Below are positions 51,602 to 61,467 of a DNA stretch of 63,326 nucleotides, piece after piece. The notes beneath the pieces are model-generated. The model was not told the DNA's origin. It ran no database searches and saw only the letters and a program-made list of their open reading frames with translations. Every line of letters begins with the position of its first letter. Within the stretch, counting starts at the first letter, position 1. Position numbers and translations under genes: made by a program. Source of the DNA: a bacterium (GTDB taxonomy: Bacteria; Patescibacteriota; Minisyncoccia; Phycocordibacterales; JAGLPS01); assembly GCA_030690305.1 (NCBI GenBank), contig JAUYHB010000022.1:1-63326 (forward strand), given 5' to 3'.

Positions 51602-53425
51602 ATGGAAATTCGCAACATCGCAATTATCGCCCACGTTGACCACGGTAAAACGACACTTACCGACGCTTTGATGCGTCAAACAGGCGCCGCTGTCGAAGGG
51701 GTTTCAATGGACTCAAATGACCTTGAACTTGAGCGCGGAATTACCATATACGCCAAAAACGCGGCTATTTTCTATCCTTCTGCAGACTCGGGACGCCCCG
51801 TAACAAAAATAAATATTGTAGATACCCCCGGCCATGCCGACTTCGGCTCGGAAGTGGAGCGCGTCTTGCGTTCCATCGATTCCGTGCTTTTGGTTGTGGA
51901 TGCCCAGGAAGGCCCGATGCCCCAAACCCGCTTTGTTCTCAAAAAATCTCTTGAGCTCGGTATTAAACCGATTGTCGTCATAAACAAAATTGATAAACAG
52001 GCGGCAAACCCGGCGCGCTGTGAGGAGCAAGTGCTCGAACTTTTTCTTGAACTCGGTGCCACGCATGAACAGGCGAGTTTCCCCGTCGTCTATGCCATCG
52101 GCCGCGAGGGTGTCGCTAAACTCAAACTCGAAGATGAAGCGAAAGACCTCACACCTCTTCTGGAAACTATTCTCAAATACGTCGCCCCCGCGTCAAACGC
52201 TTCTTCAGAGGCGTCGCTCATGCTTCAGCCATTCAATTTGGGGTATGACAATTTCATGGGCCGTCTTGCTGTCGCGCGCGTGTATGAAGGGACGGTGTTA
52301 CCCGGACAGAGTGTGTTTGTAAAAAAGCCCAATGGCGAAACACGAACGGGAAAAATCACAAAAATTTTCACATTCAACGGATTGCAAAGAATCGATGCAG
52401 ACAAAGCGACGGCGGGGGATATCGCCCTTGTCGCCGGCCTTCCCGACATCGATATCGGAGAAACGGTAACCGACAACGAAGCGGCAACACCACTGCCCGC
52501 CATTGCCGTTGACGAACCGACCATCAAACTTAATTTTCTCGTCAACAATTCTCCGTTCGGAGGACGCGACGGGAAATTCGTCACATCGCGCCAGATACGC
52601 GAACGCCTGGAACTTGAACTTGAAGTAAATGTCGGCTTGCGTGTTGATTTTTCTTCAACCGACAGTTTTTCCGTATCGGGACGCGGGGAATTGCACGTTG
52701 CCATTCTGCTTGAAAATATGCGCCGTGAAGGATATGAACTTCAGGTTTCCCAGCCGCAGGCGATTATCCGCGAAGAAAACGGAGTTAGGCTTGAACCGTT
52801 TGAAGAAGTAATTGTTGATACGCCGGCCGAATACCAGGGCATTGTCATAGAACGCCTGAGCATGCGTGGTTTTATACTGAAAAATATGCTCGCGCACGGA
52901 CACGGAGACGCAACACGCCTGTTTTTTGAAGGTCCGACACGCGGACTTTTGGGATACCGAAACCAGTTTGTTATAGACACAAAGGGTGAGGGAATTCTCT
53001 CCTCCCGTTTTGTCGGTTTCAATCCGTATGCCGGAGAAATCAGAAAACGAATCGTCGGCTCGATGACTTCTATGGCGACGGGCAAAGCCCTCGGTTTTTC
53101 TTTGTGGAATTTGCAGGAACGCGGAGTACTTTACATCGGCCCGTCGGCGGAAGTGTATGAAGGAATGGTTATCGGCAATACCACGAAAGGGGAGGAACTT
53201 TTCGTAAACCCGACCAAAGGAAAAAATCTCACCAATGTTCGCGCGGCAGGAACGGATGAAGCTATCAATCTTGTGCCTCCGTTTACACTTTCTATTGAAC
53301 GTGGACTTGAAATAATGTCGGAAGATGAATATCTGGAAATCACTCCCAAGAACGTACGCTTGCGCAAACAACTTTTGACTGACCTTGACCGTTCGCGCGC
53401 CCGCCGAAAAGACGGCACACTCTAA
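51602..53425 (+). CDS. typA: Translational GTPase TypA/BipA
   Basis: MEIRNIAIIAHVDHGKTTLTD, DTPGHADF and NKIDK, with EF-G-like domains. Confidence 0.93.
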   Translation: MEIRNIAIIAHVDHGKTTLTDALMRQTGAAVEGVSMDSNDLELERGITIYAKNAAIFYPSADSGRPVTKINIVDTPGHADFGSEVERVLRSIDSVLLVVDAQEGPMPQTRFVLKKSLELGIKPIVVINKIDKQAANPARCEEQVLELFLELGATHEQASFPVVYAIGREGVAKLKLEDEAKDLTPLLETILKYVAPASNASSEASLMLQPFNLGYDNFMGRLAVARVYEGTVLPGQSVFVKKPNGETRTGKITKIFTFNGLQRIDADKATAGDIALVAGLPDIDIGETVTDNEAATPLPAIAVDEPTIKLNFLVNNSPFGGRDGKFVTSRQIRERLELELEVNVGLRVDFSSTDSFSVSGRGELHVAILLENMRREGYELQVSQPQAIIREENGVRLEPFEEVIVDTPAEYQGIVIERLSMRGFILKNMLAHGHGDATRLFFEGPTRGLLGYRNQFVIDTKGEGILSSRFVGFNPYAGEIRKRIVGSMTSMATGKALGFSLWNLQERGVLYIGPSAEVYEGMVIGNTTKGEELFVNPTKGKNLTNVRAAGTDEAINLVPPFTLSIERGLEIMSEDEYLEITPKNVRLRKQLLTDLDRSRARRKDGTL

Positions 53426-53454
53426 AACGTCTTTATTTGCTAGAATATATAGGT

Positions 53455-53565
53455 ATGCGCGACTTTTTTAACTTACAGAAAAATGGAGCAGTGCTTGCCA
53501 TCATATTTTTTATCGTACTTGGCGTTGCAATAGGGCTGGTGGCATATTGGCAATTAAGCGAATAG
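53455..53565 (+). CDS. Possible 36-aa single-TM micropeptide
   Basis: MRDFFNLQKNGAVLAIIFFIVLGVAIGLVAYWQLSE. Below the ORF-track cutoff. No clear SD. Confidence 0.25.
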   Translation: MRDFFNLQKNGAVLAIIFFIVLGVAIGLVAYWQLSE

Positions 53566-53652
53566 AATCCCGACCCCGCGGAAGACCGAATGGCCTAACT
53601 CTCGAACTCTAAACATTTTTTTTAAAAAAAAGTAACGCGGGTTTCTTTTCGT

Positions 53653-53661
53653 TGCTATAAT
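53653..53661 (+). promoter_or_regulatory. Extended -10 box TGCTATAAT of the phosphorylase gene
   Basis: Ends 7 nt before ATG 53669. Confidence 0.5.
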
Positions 53662-53668
53662 AAAACGA

Positions 53669-55318
53669 ATGAAGCATGGACCGTGTGTCGCCTATTTCTC
53701 GATGGAAGTTGCGTTTGCAACTCATATGCCCAACTATGCGGGGGGCTTAGGTATTCTTGCCGCGGACACGATAATGTCGGCGGCCGACATGGGAACAAAC
53801 GTTGTCGGCATTTCTCTTCTGTATCACCAACATGACAATCCCGAATACATGTTTCGCGGAGAGCGTTATCTGACGCGCCGCACGGAAACCGTTGAGGTGG
53901 AAATCGAAGGAAGGAAAGTAAAAATCGCCATATGGCAAAAAGAAATCATCGGGCGGAGCGGAGCTGTCGTGCCGATTTTTTTCTTGAGTTCGTATCTTCC
54001 TGAAAACGAGAAATGGGACCGCGACCTTACCAAGCATTTATACGCCACCGACCGCTACACGCGTCTCGGGCAGGAAGTCATATTGGGCGTTGGCGGAGTG
54101 CGCGCTCTTGAAGCGCTCGGATACGACAAAGTTCACACGTACCATTTAAACGAAGGACACGCGGCATTCGCCACCTTCGAGTTATTGCGCAGGCATAATT
54201 ACAATGAAAAGAAAGTGCGTTCGCTTGTGACATTCACGACGCACACGCCGATTCCGGCCGGACACGATTATTTCGATTACGGACTTGCGGGGAATGTTTT
54301 GCGGGAGATGATGCCGTTAAACATACGGGACTTTGCGGGGCAGGACGCTCTCGGCATGACGCAACTTGCGATGCATTTGTCCAAAAGCACGAACAGCGTT
54401 TCCAGGCGCCACCAAAAAGTCTGCGAAGAAATGTTCCTGGGAAAGAAAATCGCAAATGTTACCAACGGCATTTACGCGCCGCGCTGGGCGGGGGACTTCA
54501 TGACCGAATTGTTCAACGCGCATTTGCCGGGCTGGGATGAAAATCCCGACGAGTTCAAAGAGGCCGTAAAAAAATTACCCTCGCGCGCGCTTCGCGACAC
54601 GAAGATATTCGAGAAAAACGAATTGACGAATTGGATTAATTTCAACAAAACATTTTTCTCGGTTACGAATATTTCACGGGACGACTTTCTGAAAAACGAC
54701 ACGCTTACCATAGGATTCGCGAGGCGTTTCGTTCCGTACAAACGGCCCGACCTTATTTTCAAAGACCTCGACCGTTTGGGAAATCTTTCCCGCAACACGG
54801 TTCAACTTGTATTTGCCAACCGTTGTCACCCCGACGATTTTTATTGCAATGACCTGCGGGCAAAACTCAACGGGTATGGAGAAAAATTGCGCGGCAAAGT
54901 CAAAATCGTTCTTATTCCCGATTACGACATTAAAATTGCCAAAAAGCTCGTGGCAGGATGCGATATCTGGCTCAATACCCCGGTATCACCCCTTGAAGCA
55001 AGTGGCACAAGCGGCATGAAAGCGGCCCTCAATGGGGCGTTAAACGTCTCTACGCGCGATGGCTGGTGGCTCGAGGGATTGGAGAAGGAACCCCTAAGCG
55101 GTTGGGGATTCGGAGGGAAAGAAAGTTTTCCGAACGAACAGGCGCGTGATGAAGCGGAGGGGAAAGAACTTATGGAGGCCCTTGAAGAGGCGGCAAACTG
55201 TTATTATAAAACTCCCGACAAATGGGTTGAACGGATGAAGCACGCTATTACACTTACGGAATTTTTCAATACAAGCCGGCTTGTTAAGGAATACTCGAAA
55301 AATATTTGGAACAGATAA
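53669..55318 (+). CDS. glgP: Alpha-glucan (glycogen/maltodextrin) phosphorylase, GT35 short form
   Basis: YAGGLGILAAD, HLNEGHAAF, and the PLP site EASGTSGMKAALNG. Confidence 0.85.
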   Translation: MKHGPCVAYFSMEVAFATHMPNYAGGLGILAADTIMSAADMGTNVVGISLLYHQHDNPEYMFRGERYLTRRTETVEVEIEGRKVKIAIWQKEIIGRSGAVVPIFFLSSYLPENEKWDRDLTKHLYATDRYTRLGQEVILGVGGVRALEALGYDKVHTYHLNEGHAAFATFELLRRHNYNEKKVRSLVTFTTHTPIPAGHDYFDYGLAGNVLREMMPLNIRDFAGQDALGMTQLAMHLSKSTNSVSRRHQKVCEEMFLGKKIANVTNGIYAPRWAGDFMTELFNAHLPGWDENPDEFKEAVKKLPSRALRDTKIFEKNELTNWINFNKTFFSVTNISRDDFLKNDTLTIGFARRFVPYKRPDLIFKDLDRLGNLSRNTVQLVFANRCHPDDFYCNDLRAKLNGYGEKLRGKVKIVLIPDYDIKIAKKLVAGCDIWLNTPVSPLEASGTSGMKAALNGALNVSTRDGWWLEGLEKEPLSGWGFGGKESFPNEQARDEAEGKELMEALEEAANCYYKTPDKWVERMKHAITLTEFFNTSRLVKEYSKNIWNR

Positions 55319-55327
55319 ACATATAAT

Positions 55328-56101
55328 ATGGAACGCCTGAAAAAACTAATCATCTTCGATTTGGACGGCACGCTCGCCCAAAGCAAGATGCTGCCGGACG
55401 GGGAAATGACGGCGATTCTCTGTGACCTGCTTATGAAAACAAATGTTGCCGTAATATCGGGAGCTTCTTTCAAACAATTCAAGGACCAGTTTCTCACCAC
55501 GTTGTTGATGTGCGCCGAAGCGCTTTCCCGACTGTATATAATGCCGGCGAACGGAAGCAGTCTGTATCAGTCCGGACAAGGCGGTTGGAAATCCGTATAC
55601 GAAGAATTACTTCCGAAAGAAGACAGGATAAAAATCAAGCAAGCGATTGAGCAGGCGATCGCCACTGCCGGTATTCCTTTGCCGCAGCGGGTACACGGAG
55701 AGTTGATTGAAGACCGGGGAAGTCAGGTTACATATTCCGCGTGCGGACAAGACGCTCCGCTTGAAGTGAAAAGCGTGTGGGACCCCGACCATGCCAAACG
55801 CCAGAGAATAAAAAAAATACTCGTGTCTCTCCTTCCCGATTTTGAAGTCCGCATTGCCGGCACAACGTCGATTGACGTGACAAAAAAGGGAATTGATAAA
55901 GCATATGGCATCAGAAAAATCGGCGAACACCTCAACATCCCCATAGACGAAATGCTATTCGTGGGCGACGCGGTGTTCCCCGGAGGAAACGATTATTCCG
56001 CGAAAGAGCTTGGTGTGGAAACGATTCAGGTATCGGGCCCGGATGAAACAAAAAAAATTATCGATGATTTGCTGAGAAAGCACGTCAATGAATCGCACTA
56101 G
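55328..56101 (+). CDS. HAD-IIB family hydrolase/phosphomutase-like
   Basis: IIFDLDGTLAQS, VISGASF and FVGDAVFPGGNDY. Confidence 0.7.
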   Translation: MERLKKLIIFDLDGTLAQSKMLPDGEMTAILCDLLMKTNVAVISGASFKQFKDQFLTTLLMCAEALSRLYIMPANGSSLYQSGQGGWKSVYEELLPKEDRIKIKQAIEQAIATAGIPLPQRVHGELIEDRGSQVTYSACGQDAPLEVKSVWDPDHAKRQRIKKILVSLLPDFEVRIAGTTSIDVTKKGIDKAYGIRKIGEHLNIPIDEMLFVGDAVFPGGNDYSAKELGVETIQVSGPDETKKIIDDLLRKHVNESH

Positions 56102-56921
56102 CACATCTTTTCCCGCGCTCCTTCTCGGTTTGTTTTTCTTTTGTTACTCCATTTCCGGATTTTATTACATTGCCGTTTTTTCCAAACCCGTGCGACCGTT
56201 TCCGGACGAAAGCATTGTCATTGAGAAAAAAGAAAAGGAAATTGCCGTTCCCAAAACCGTGGCGGATATTGTAACCCCCGAAAGGGAAGTACAAACATAT
56301 ATTCCGCCCGCACCGTCGGCTTCTCCTCCTTCCTTGTCGCAGGTAGCATATCCGAAACCCTCACCCGAACCCGCGCCGACTCCATTGCCGACGGAAATCT
56401 CGGTTAGTGCCAATGTCACATATTCAACGTCAACTATTTACTATGACATTTATGGACTGACCGAAAACGAATTGCGCGCGGAGATGAGCGCCAAAGGACC
56501 GTCATATTCGGACGGTAAACGATATGACGGATTCACTTCCCGTTATTACACCTGGAAATATTTTCCCGCATGGGACGGGAAAAACTGTTATCCGAACGAG
56601 GTGTATGTGACCGTGGGAATAAAAATGACGCTTCCTCAATGGATGTGGTATATAAACGGAGGGGAATCTCTTAAAACAAAATGGACGAATTACATGAACG
56701 TTTTGATTTATCATGAGAGCGGGCATGTGGATATCAATATCAGAGGCGCGGACGATTTATACCAAAGGCTTATTAATGCGGGTCCATACCCGAATTGCGG
56801 GCAATTGGATACCGCACTGCACCAGATTGCAAACACTTTTTATAACGATATCGGAATTCAAAATGAAGCCTATGACGCTATAACGAACCACGGGGAAACC
56901 CAAGGCGCCGTGTTTCCCTGA
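56088..56921 (+). CDS. Putative secreted zinc metallopeptidase (HExxH)
   Basis: TM anchor, Pro-rich linker, and LIYHESGHVDI (HExxH). Confidence 0.5.
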   Translation: MNRTSTSFPALLLGLFFFCYSISGFYYIAVFSKPVRPFPDESIVIEKKEKEIAVPKTVADIVTPEREVQTYIPPAPSASPPSLSQVAYPKPSPEPAPTPLPTEISVSANVTYSTSTIYYDIYGLTENELRAEMSAKGPSYSDGKRYDGFTSRYYTWKYFPAWDGKNCYPNEVYVTVGIKMTLPQWMWYINGGESLKTKWTNYMNVLIYHESGHVDINIRGADDLYQRLINAGPYPNCGQLDTALHQIANTFYNDIGIQNEAYDAITNHGETQGAVFP

Positions 56922-56939
56922 ATCTGATATTATTTGGGT

Positions 56940-57077
56940 ATGAAAAATAAAGACTGGTATTTGGGTTTCTTGGGCTTTCTGGGGTTTCTGGGCATGCCCG
57001 GACTTTTAACTCAAGACTGGATGGACGCCCTATGGCTTTTATGGTTTACCTGGTTTCTTTACTTTCTCAAAAAATAA
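56940..57077 (+). CDS. Possible 45-aa membrane micropeptide
   Basis: MKNKDWYLGFLGFLGFLGMPGLLTQDWMDALWLLWFTWFLYFLKK. Below the ORF-track cutoff. Confidence 0.3.
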   Translation: MKNKDWYLGFLGFLGFLGMPGLLTQDWMDALWLLWFTWFLYFLKK

Positions 57078-57100
57078 AGAAAAGCGGCCCAGTTACAAAG

Positions 57101-57145
57101 TTTTAGGCCTTTATATTTTGAAAAAAGGCCTAAAAGTGTTATAAT
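57101..57145 (+). promoter_or_regulatory. Promoter of the macAB-like operon with a flanking inverted repeat
   Basis: TTGAAA (57118-57123), 16 nt spacer, TATAAT (57140-57145), with a TGt extension. The inverted repeat TTTTAGGCCTTT/AAAGGCCTAAAA brackets the -35. Confidence 0.5.
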
Positions 57146-57154
57146 GAGGGGTAT

Positions 57155-58708
57155 ATGAAGAAAAAAATTCCTGCCTGGGTCAAAAAACCTATTTTCTATA
57201 TCCCCATTGCGATTGTTGTTATTATCGGCGCGATTATCATATTTTCAAGTGGGCAAAAACCTTCTACGACCGTTACCGCTAAAGCCGAAATCAAAAATCT
57301 CGAGCAGATTGTGAGTGTGACCGGAAATGTAAAACCCGCTTCTTTTGTAAATCTTGCTTTTGAAAGAGGCGGACGCGTGAGAAATATATACGCCGAGGTG
57401 AGCACGGAAGTATTTGCCGGACAAGTGCTTGTCACTCTGGAAAACGCCGATCTTGCCGCACAACTCGACCAGGCAAATGCGGGTGTAAAGGCCCAAGAAG
57501 CGAAACTCGCGCAATTGAAAGCGGGGGGTTCGCCGGAGAACATCGCAATCGCGAAAGTAGAGCTTCAGAATGCGAAAGACTCTCTTGAAGATGCCAAAAA
57601 AACAGCTTTTGATACGTTGGGCGAAGCTCTAACAACAATAGATGATGCTGTACGCAATAAGGCCGACGGTTTTTTCAGTAATCCGGAATCCACTTCACCT
57701 CATTTCAATTTGACCGTTGATTCAAATCTGAAGCTCAAAGTTGAGGCGGAACGAATCGCCGTGCAGCCTGTCTTGAATGAGAAAAACGGTTTTCCGACAT
57801 CAATGAGCGGTTTTGATTTTGATTTCCATTTCTCCAAAGCAAAAAGCAACTTAAGTGTGGTCAAAGTCCTTCTCGATGACCTTGCCGCGGCAGTAAACTC
57901 TCTTTCTGCGAATTCTTCTTTGAGTCAAACCACCATTGACTCTTACAAGTCGACTGTCTCAACCGCCCGTGCGACAATCGCCGGCCAAATCTCCGATGTG
58001 ACAACAGCCGAGAAATCCATCCGAAGCGCGCAAGCGACCGTAACCCTCGAGGAATCACAGTTGATGCTTGCACAGAATCCTGCCCGAACGGAAGAAATTC
58101 AGACACAGGAAGCGCTTGTGGAAGAAGCAAAGGCGAGCGCCGCAAATGCTCTTGCCCAACTTTCAAAAACAGTGCTTAGGTCTCCGATTAGCGGTGTTAT
58201 TACCAAGAAAAACATTGAAGTGGGAGAAATTATTTCCGCAAACAGCGCCGTCATGTCGGTTATTTCTTCCGACAGATTCGAAGTTGAAGCCAATGTTCCC
58301 GAAGCCGATATCGCGAAAGTTGCCGTTGGAAACGAAGCGACGGTTACACTTGACGCGTATGGAAGGGATTCGGTTTTCAAAACACAGGTTGTTGCCGTTG
58401 ATCCCGCCGAGACCGTCATTGAGGGAGTTTCGACCTATAAAATTACGCTTCAATTTATTGAAGAAGATGAACGAGTGCGTTCCGGAATGACCGCTAACAT
58501 AGATGTTGTAACGGGTCGCCGTGAAAATGTCCTAACGGTTCCCCAACGCGCGGTCATCCGTTCAAACGGCAATAGAATTGTCCGCGTTAAAATAGGCGAA
58601 ATCATTGAAGAAAGAAAAGTTGAAACGGGCTTAAGCGGATACGACGGTTCGATTGAAATACTTTCCGGTATCAAGGAGGGCGAGGAGGTCGTTGTCTTTG
58701 AACAGTGA
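57155..58708 (+). CDS. HlyD/MacA-family efflux adaptor protein
   Basis: N-terminal TM, a long coiled-coil hairpin, and barrel-sandwich/beta-barrel motifs (LRSPISGVITKKNIEVGE). Confidence 0.8.
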   Translation: MKKKIPAWVKKPIFYIPIAIVVIIGAIIIFSSGQKPSTTVTAKAEIKNLEQIVSVTGNVKPASFVNLAFERGGRVRNIYAEVSTEVFAGQVLVTLENADLAAQLDQANAGVKAQEAKLAQLKAGGSPENIAIAKVELQNAKDSLEDAKKTAFDTLGEALTTIDDAVRNKADGFFSNPESTSPHFNLTVDSNLKLKVEAERIAVQPVLNEKNGFPTSMSGFDFDFHFSKAKSNLSVVKVLLDDLAAAVNSLSANSSLSQTTIDSYKSTVSTARATIAGQISDVTTAEKSIRSAQATVTLEESQLMLAQNPARTEEIQTQEALVEEAKASAANALAQLSKTVLRSPISGVITKKNIEVGEIISANSAVMSVISSDRFEVEANVPEADIAKVAVGNEATVTLDAYGRDSVFKTQVVAVDPAETVIEGVSTYKITLQFIEEDERVRSGMTANIDVVTGRRENVLTVPQRAVIRSNGNRIVRVKIGEIIEERKVETGLSGYDGSIEILSGIKEGEEVVVFEQ

Positions 58709-58709
58709 T

Positions 58710-59423
58710 ATGCCGCTTCTTGAAGTAGAAAACATTACGAAGGAATATGACGACGGGACGAAAGCGCTTCAAGGTGTTTCTTTTTCCATAAATAAAGGAG
58801 ACTTTGTGGCCATTATGGGTCCGTCAGGCTCCGGTAAATCAACGCTTCTTCACATTCTCGGTTTTCTCGACCAGCACACGAAAGGCGTATTTCGTTTTGA
58901 CGGGAAGACGGCGGAGGATTTTTCTCCTACGGAAATTGCGCATGTGCGAAACAAAAAAATGGGATTTATATTTCAAGCGTTTAACCTTTTGTCCCGCACA
59001 AGTGTTTTGGAAAACGTCAAACTGCCTCTTGTGTATTCAAGTGTGAAAGACGAAACGGTGCGGGAGGAAATGGCGTTAAAAGCGATAGAATCTGTCGGAT
59101 TGACACATCGTGTTCACCACCTCTCCTCACAGTTGTCCGGCGGGGAAAAACAACGTGTCGCCATTGCCCGCGCTCTTGTGAACAATCCCGATATTATTTT
59201 TGCCGATGAACCGACGGGAAACCTGGACTCAAAGTCTGGACAGATGGTTATGGAAATAATCCAGCGTTTAAACGAAGAGAAGGGGCATACGGTTATTTTG
59301 ATTACTCACGAAACATACACAGCCGAGCACGCTCAACGCATTATAAAAGTTTTTGACGGAAAAATAGAAAGCGACACCAAAGTGCTGAATCGACACCGTG
59401 CGGAAGAACACTTCACCAAATAA
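58710..59423 (+). CDS. ABC transporter ATP-binding protein (MacB/LolD type)
   Basis: GPSGSGKSTL, LSGGEKQRVAIARAL and IIFADEPTGNLD. Confidence 0.9.
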   Translation: MPLLEVENITKEYDDGTKALQGVSFSINKGDFVAIMGPSGSGKSTLLHILGFLDQHTKGVFRFDGKTAEDFSPTEIAHVRNKKMGFIFQAFNLLSRTSVLENVKLPLVYSSVKDETVREEMALKAIESVGLTHRVHHLSSQLSGGEKQRVAIARALVNNPDIIFADEPTGNLDSKSGQMVMEIIQRLNEEKGHTVILITHETYTAEHAQRIIKVFDGKIESDTKVLNRHRAEEHFTK

Positions 59424-59424
59424 C

Positions 59425-60669
59425 ATGACACTTACAGACAGCTTTAAAACCGCGCTCACAGGACTCAGGACGAATAAATCCCGTTCGATTTTAACGACCC
59501 TGGGAATCGTCATCGGTATTTCCTCAATTATTTTGATGATGTCTATCGGCCAGGGAGCGGAAGGACTCATTTTGGGTGAAATCAGCGGACTTGGGGCGGA
59601 AACGATTGTCATACGTCCGGGAAAAGAGCCGAGTGGTCCGAGTGACTTCGCGGAACTGCTTTTTTCGAACTCCCTCAAAAAACGCGACCTTGAATCGCTT
59701 TTAAAGAAAAGCAATGTCCCTTTGCTTGTTGAGGCGGTACCGGCCATGATTGTTCCCGGAACCGTATCCTACGAAGGCGAAACATACCGTGCCACGGTAT
59801 TCGGTTCGGATGTAAACTTTTTTGCAAAAACATTCAATGTGTATCCCGACAGGGGCGGCACGTTCAGCGAGGACGACATTCGGGAGAATGCAAGCGTCGT
59901 TGTCATCGGTTCGAAAGTTGCCGAGGAATTGTTCGGTGCTTCGGACCCTCTCGGAGAATTTATAAAAATCAAAGACAGAAAGTTCAGGGTGGTTGGTATT
60001 TTCCCGAAAAAAGGGCAGGTCTCTTTTTTCAATTTTGACGAAATGGTGATTATGCCGTATACGACCGCACAGGTGTATGTTCTCGGCATTGACCATTATC
60101 ACGAAATTATTACCAGGGCCGAGCGTCCGGAAGACGTCGACAGGACCGTACACGATATCGAACTGACATTGCGTGAGAATCACAACATCACCAATCCGAA
60201 GGATGACGATTTCTATATACAAACTCAGCAGGGAGCCGTAGACCAGATAAAAACCATTATCGGCGCGCTGACGGCGTTCCTTTCATCAGTTGTCGCAATT
60301 GCGCTTGTTGTCGGGGGCATTGGGGTGATGAACATCATGCTTGTTTCCGTTACGGAACGCACGCGCGAAATCGGTTTGCGCAAGGCAATAGGGGCAACGG
60401 AGCGCGACATTCTTCTCCAATTTTTGTTTGAGGCGGTTATTCTTACCGCTGTCGGAGGAATAGTGGGCATCCTGCTCGGTGCCAGCCTGTCTTTCATCGC
60501 TTCCATTATTCTCACGACCGTTGTCCAACTCAACTGGCATTTCACTTTCCCGGTCTTTGCGGCAGTCTTGGGCTTCAGTGTATCCGCGGTGGTGGGTCTT
60601 GTGTTTGGAATTTATCCGGCAAAACAGGCGGCAGCCAAGAGTCCGATAGAGGCTTTGCGATACGAATAG
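59425..60669 (+). CDS. ABC transporter permease (MacB/FtsX type)
   Basis: MacB periplasmic domain plus a C-terminal FtsX 3-TM module (ERTREIGLRKAIGA). Confidence 0.88.
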   Translation: MTLTDSFKTALTGLRTNKSRSILTTLGIVIGISSIILMMSIGQGAEGLILGEISGLGAETIVIRPGKEPSGPSDFAELLFSNSLKKRDLESLLKKSNVPLLVEAVPAMIVPGTVSYEGETYRATVFGSDVNFFAKTFNVYPDRGGTFSEDDIRENASVVVIGSKVAEELFGASDPLGEFIKIKDRKFRVVGIFPKKGQVSFFNFDEMVIMPYTTAQVYVLGIDHYHEIITRAERPEDVDRTVHDIELTLRENHNITNPKDDDFYIQTQQGAVDQIKTIIGALTAFLSSVVAIALVVGGIGVMNIMLVSVTERTREIGLRKAIGATERDILLQFLFEAVILTAVGGIVGILLGASLSFIASIILTTVVQLNWHFTFPVFAAVLGFSVSAVVGLVFGIYPAKQAAAKSPIEALRYE

Positions 60670-60782
60670 TTTTTTTGGCATTCTGGATATAGAGATAACC
60701 GAAAAAGACGAAACGGGGTCGGCAAGGCTCCGTTTTCCTTTGTGGTACAATGAAGGCAATTAAAGGTTAATTTCAAATTACC

Positions 60783-61016
60783 ATGATGTACTGGGGATAT
60801 GGATATGACCAGATGGGATGGGGGGCTTTTCACGGACTCTTTATGTTCTTCTTTTGGTTTTTGGTCATAGCTTTTTTTGTTCTTCTCATTAAAAAACTGA
60901 GCGGTTCCAACCGCGGAGCGGGGGAAAATAAAGCGCTAGGGATTCTCCAGGAACGATATGCCCGAGGAGAAATAGGCAAGCAGGAATTTGAAGAAAAGAA
61001 GAAAGACTTGATGTAA
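60783..61016 (+). CDS. SHOCT-domain small membrane protein
   Basis: One TM segment, then LQERYARGEIGKQEFEEKKKDL. Confidence 0.65.
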   Translation: MMYWGYGYDQMGWGAFHGLFMFFFWFLVIAFFVLLIKKLSGSNRGAGENKALGILQERYARGEIGKQEFEEKKKDLM

Positions 61017-61019
61017 TCA

Positions 61020-61451
61020 ATGAAGCGTCTTACCCCATTTGCCATTACGTTTTTCGTCCTCCTTCTTGTGGCGGCATTTGTGATTCTTAAGGCATTTAAT
61101 TTCAGGACGGAAAATCCGCCCAAGACCGACACGGTTAAAACGGAATTGAAAACAGGGCTAAATCAGAAAGTCGACGGCTGGAAGATTTCCATTACGCCGA
61201 TTTCCATCATTGAAGACAGCCGCTGCCCGGTGGATGTTACCTGCATACAGGCGGGAACGACGCGTGTGCTTGCAAAAATTACCGTTGAAACCGGAGAAAA
61301 GGAATATGTTTTGCCTCTCGACGTTCCTGTTTCCGTCGATTCCCGGATGGTGACACTTATCAGAGTAACTCCCGCGCCTCGTTCCCAGTATCAGATTTTG
61401 GCAACGGAATACCGTTTTACTTTCCAAGTTTCGGAAAAAGGCGAATTTTAA
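61020..61451 (+). CDS. Membrane-anchored hypothetical protein
   Basis: N-terminal TM and a beta-rich domain with EDSRCPVDVTCIQAG. Confidence 0.45.
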   Translation: MKRLTPFAITFFVLLLVAAFVILKAFNFRTENPPKTDTVKTELKTGLNQKVDGWKISITPISIIEDSRCPVDVTCIQAGTTRVLAKITVETGEKEYVLPLDVPVSVDSRMVTLIRVTPAPRSQYQILATEYRFTFQVSEKGEF

Positions 61452-61467
61452 CGTGTGCGTATGTGAT

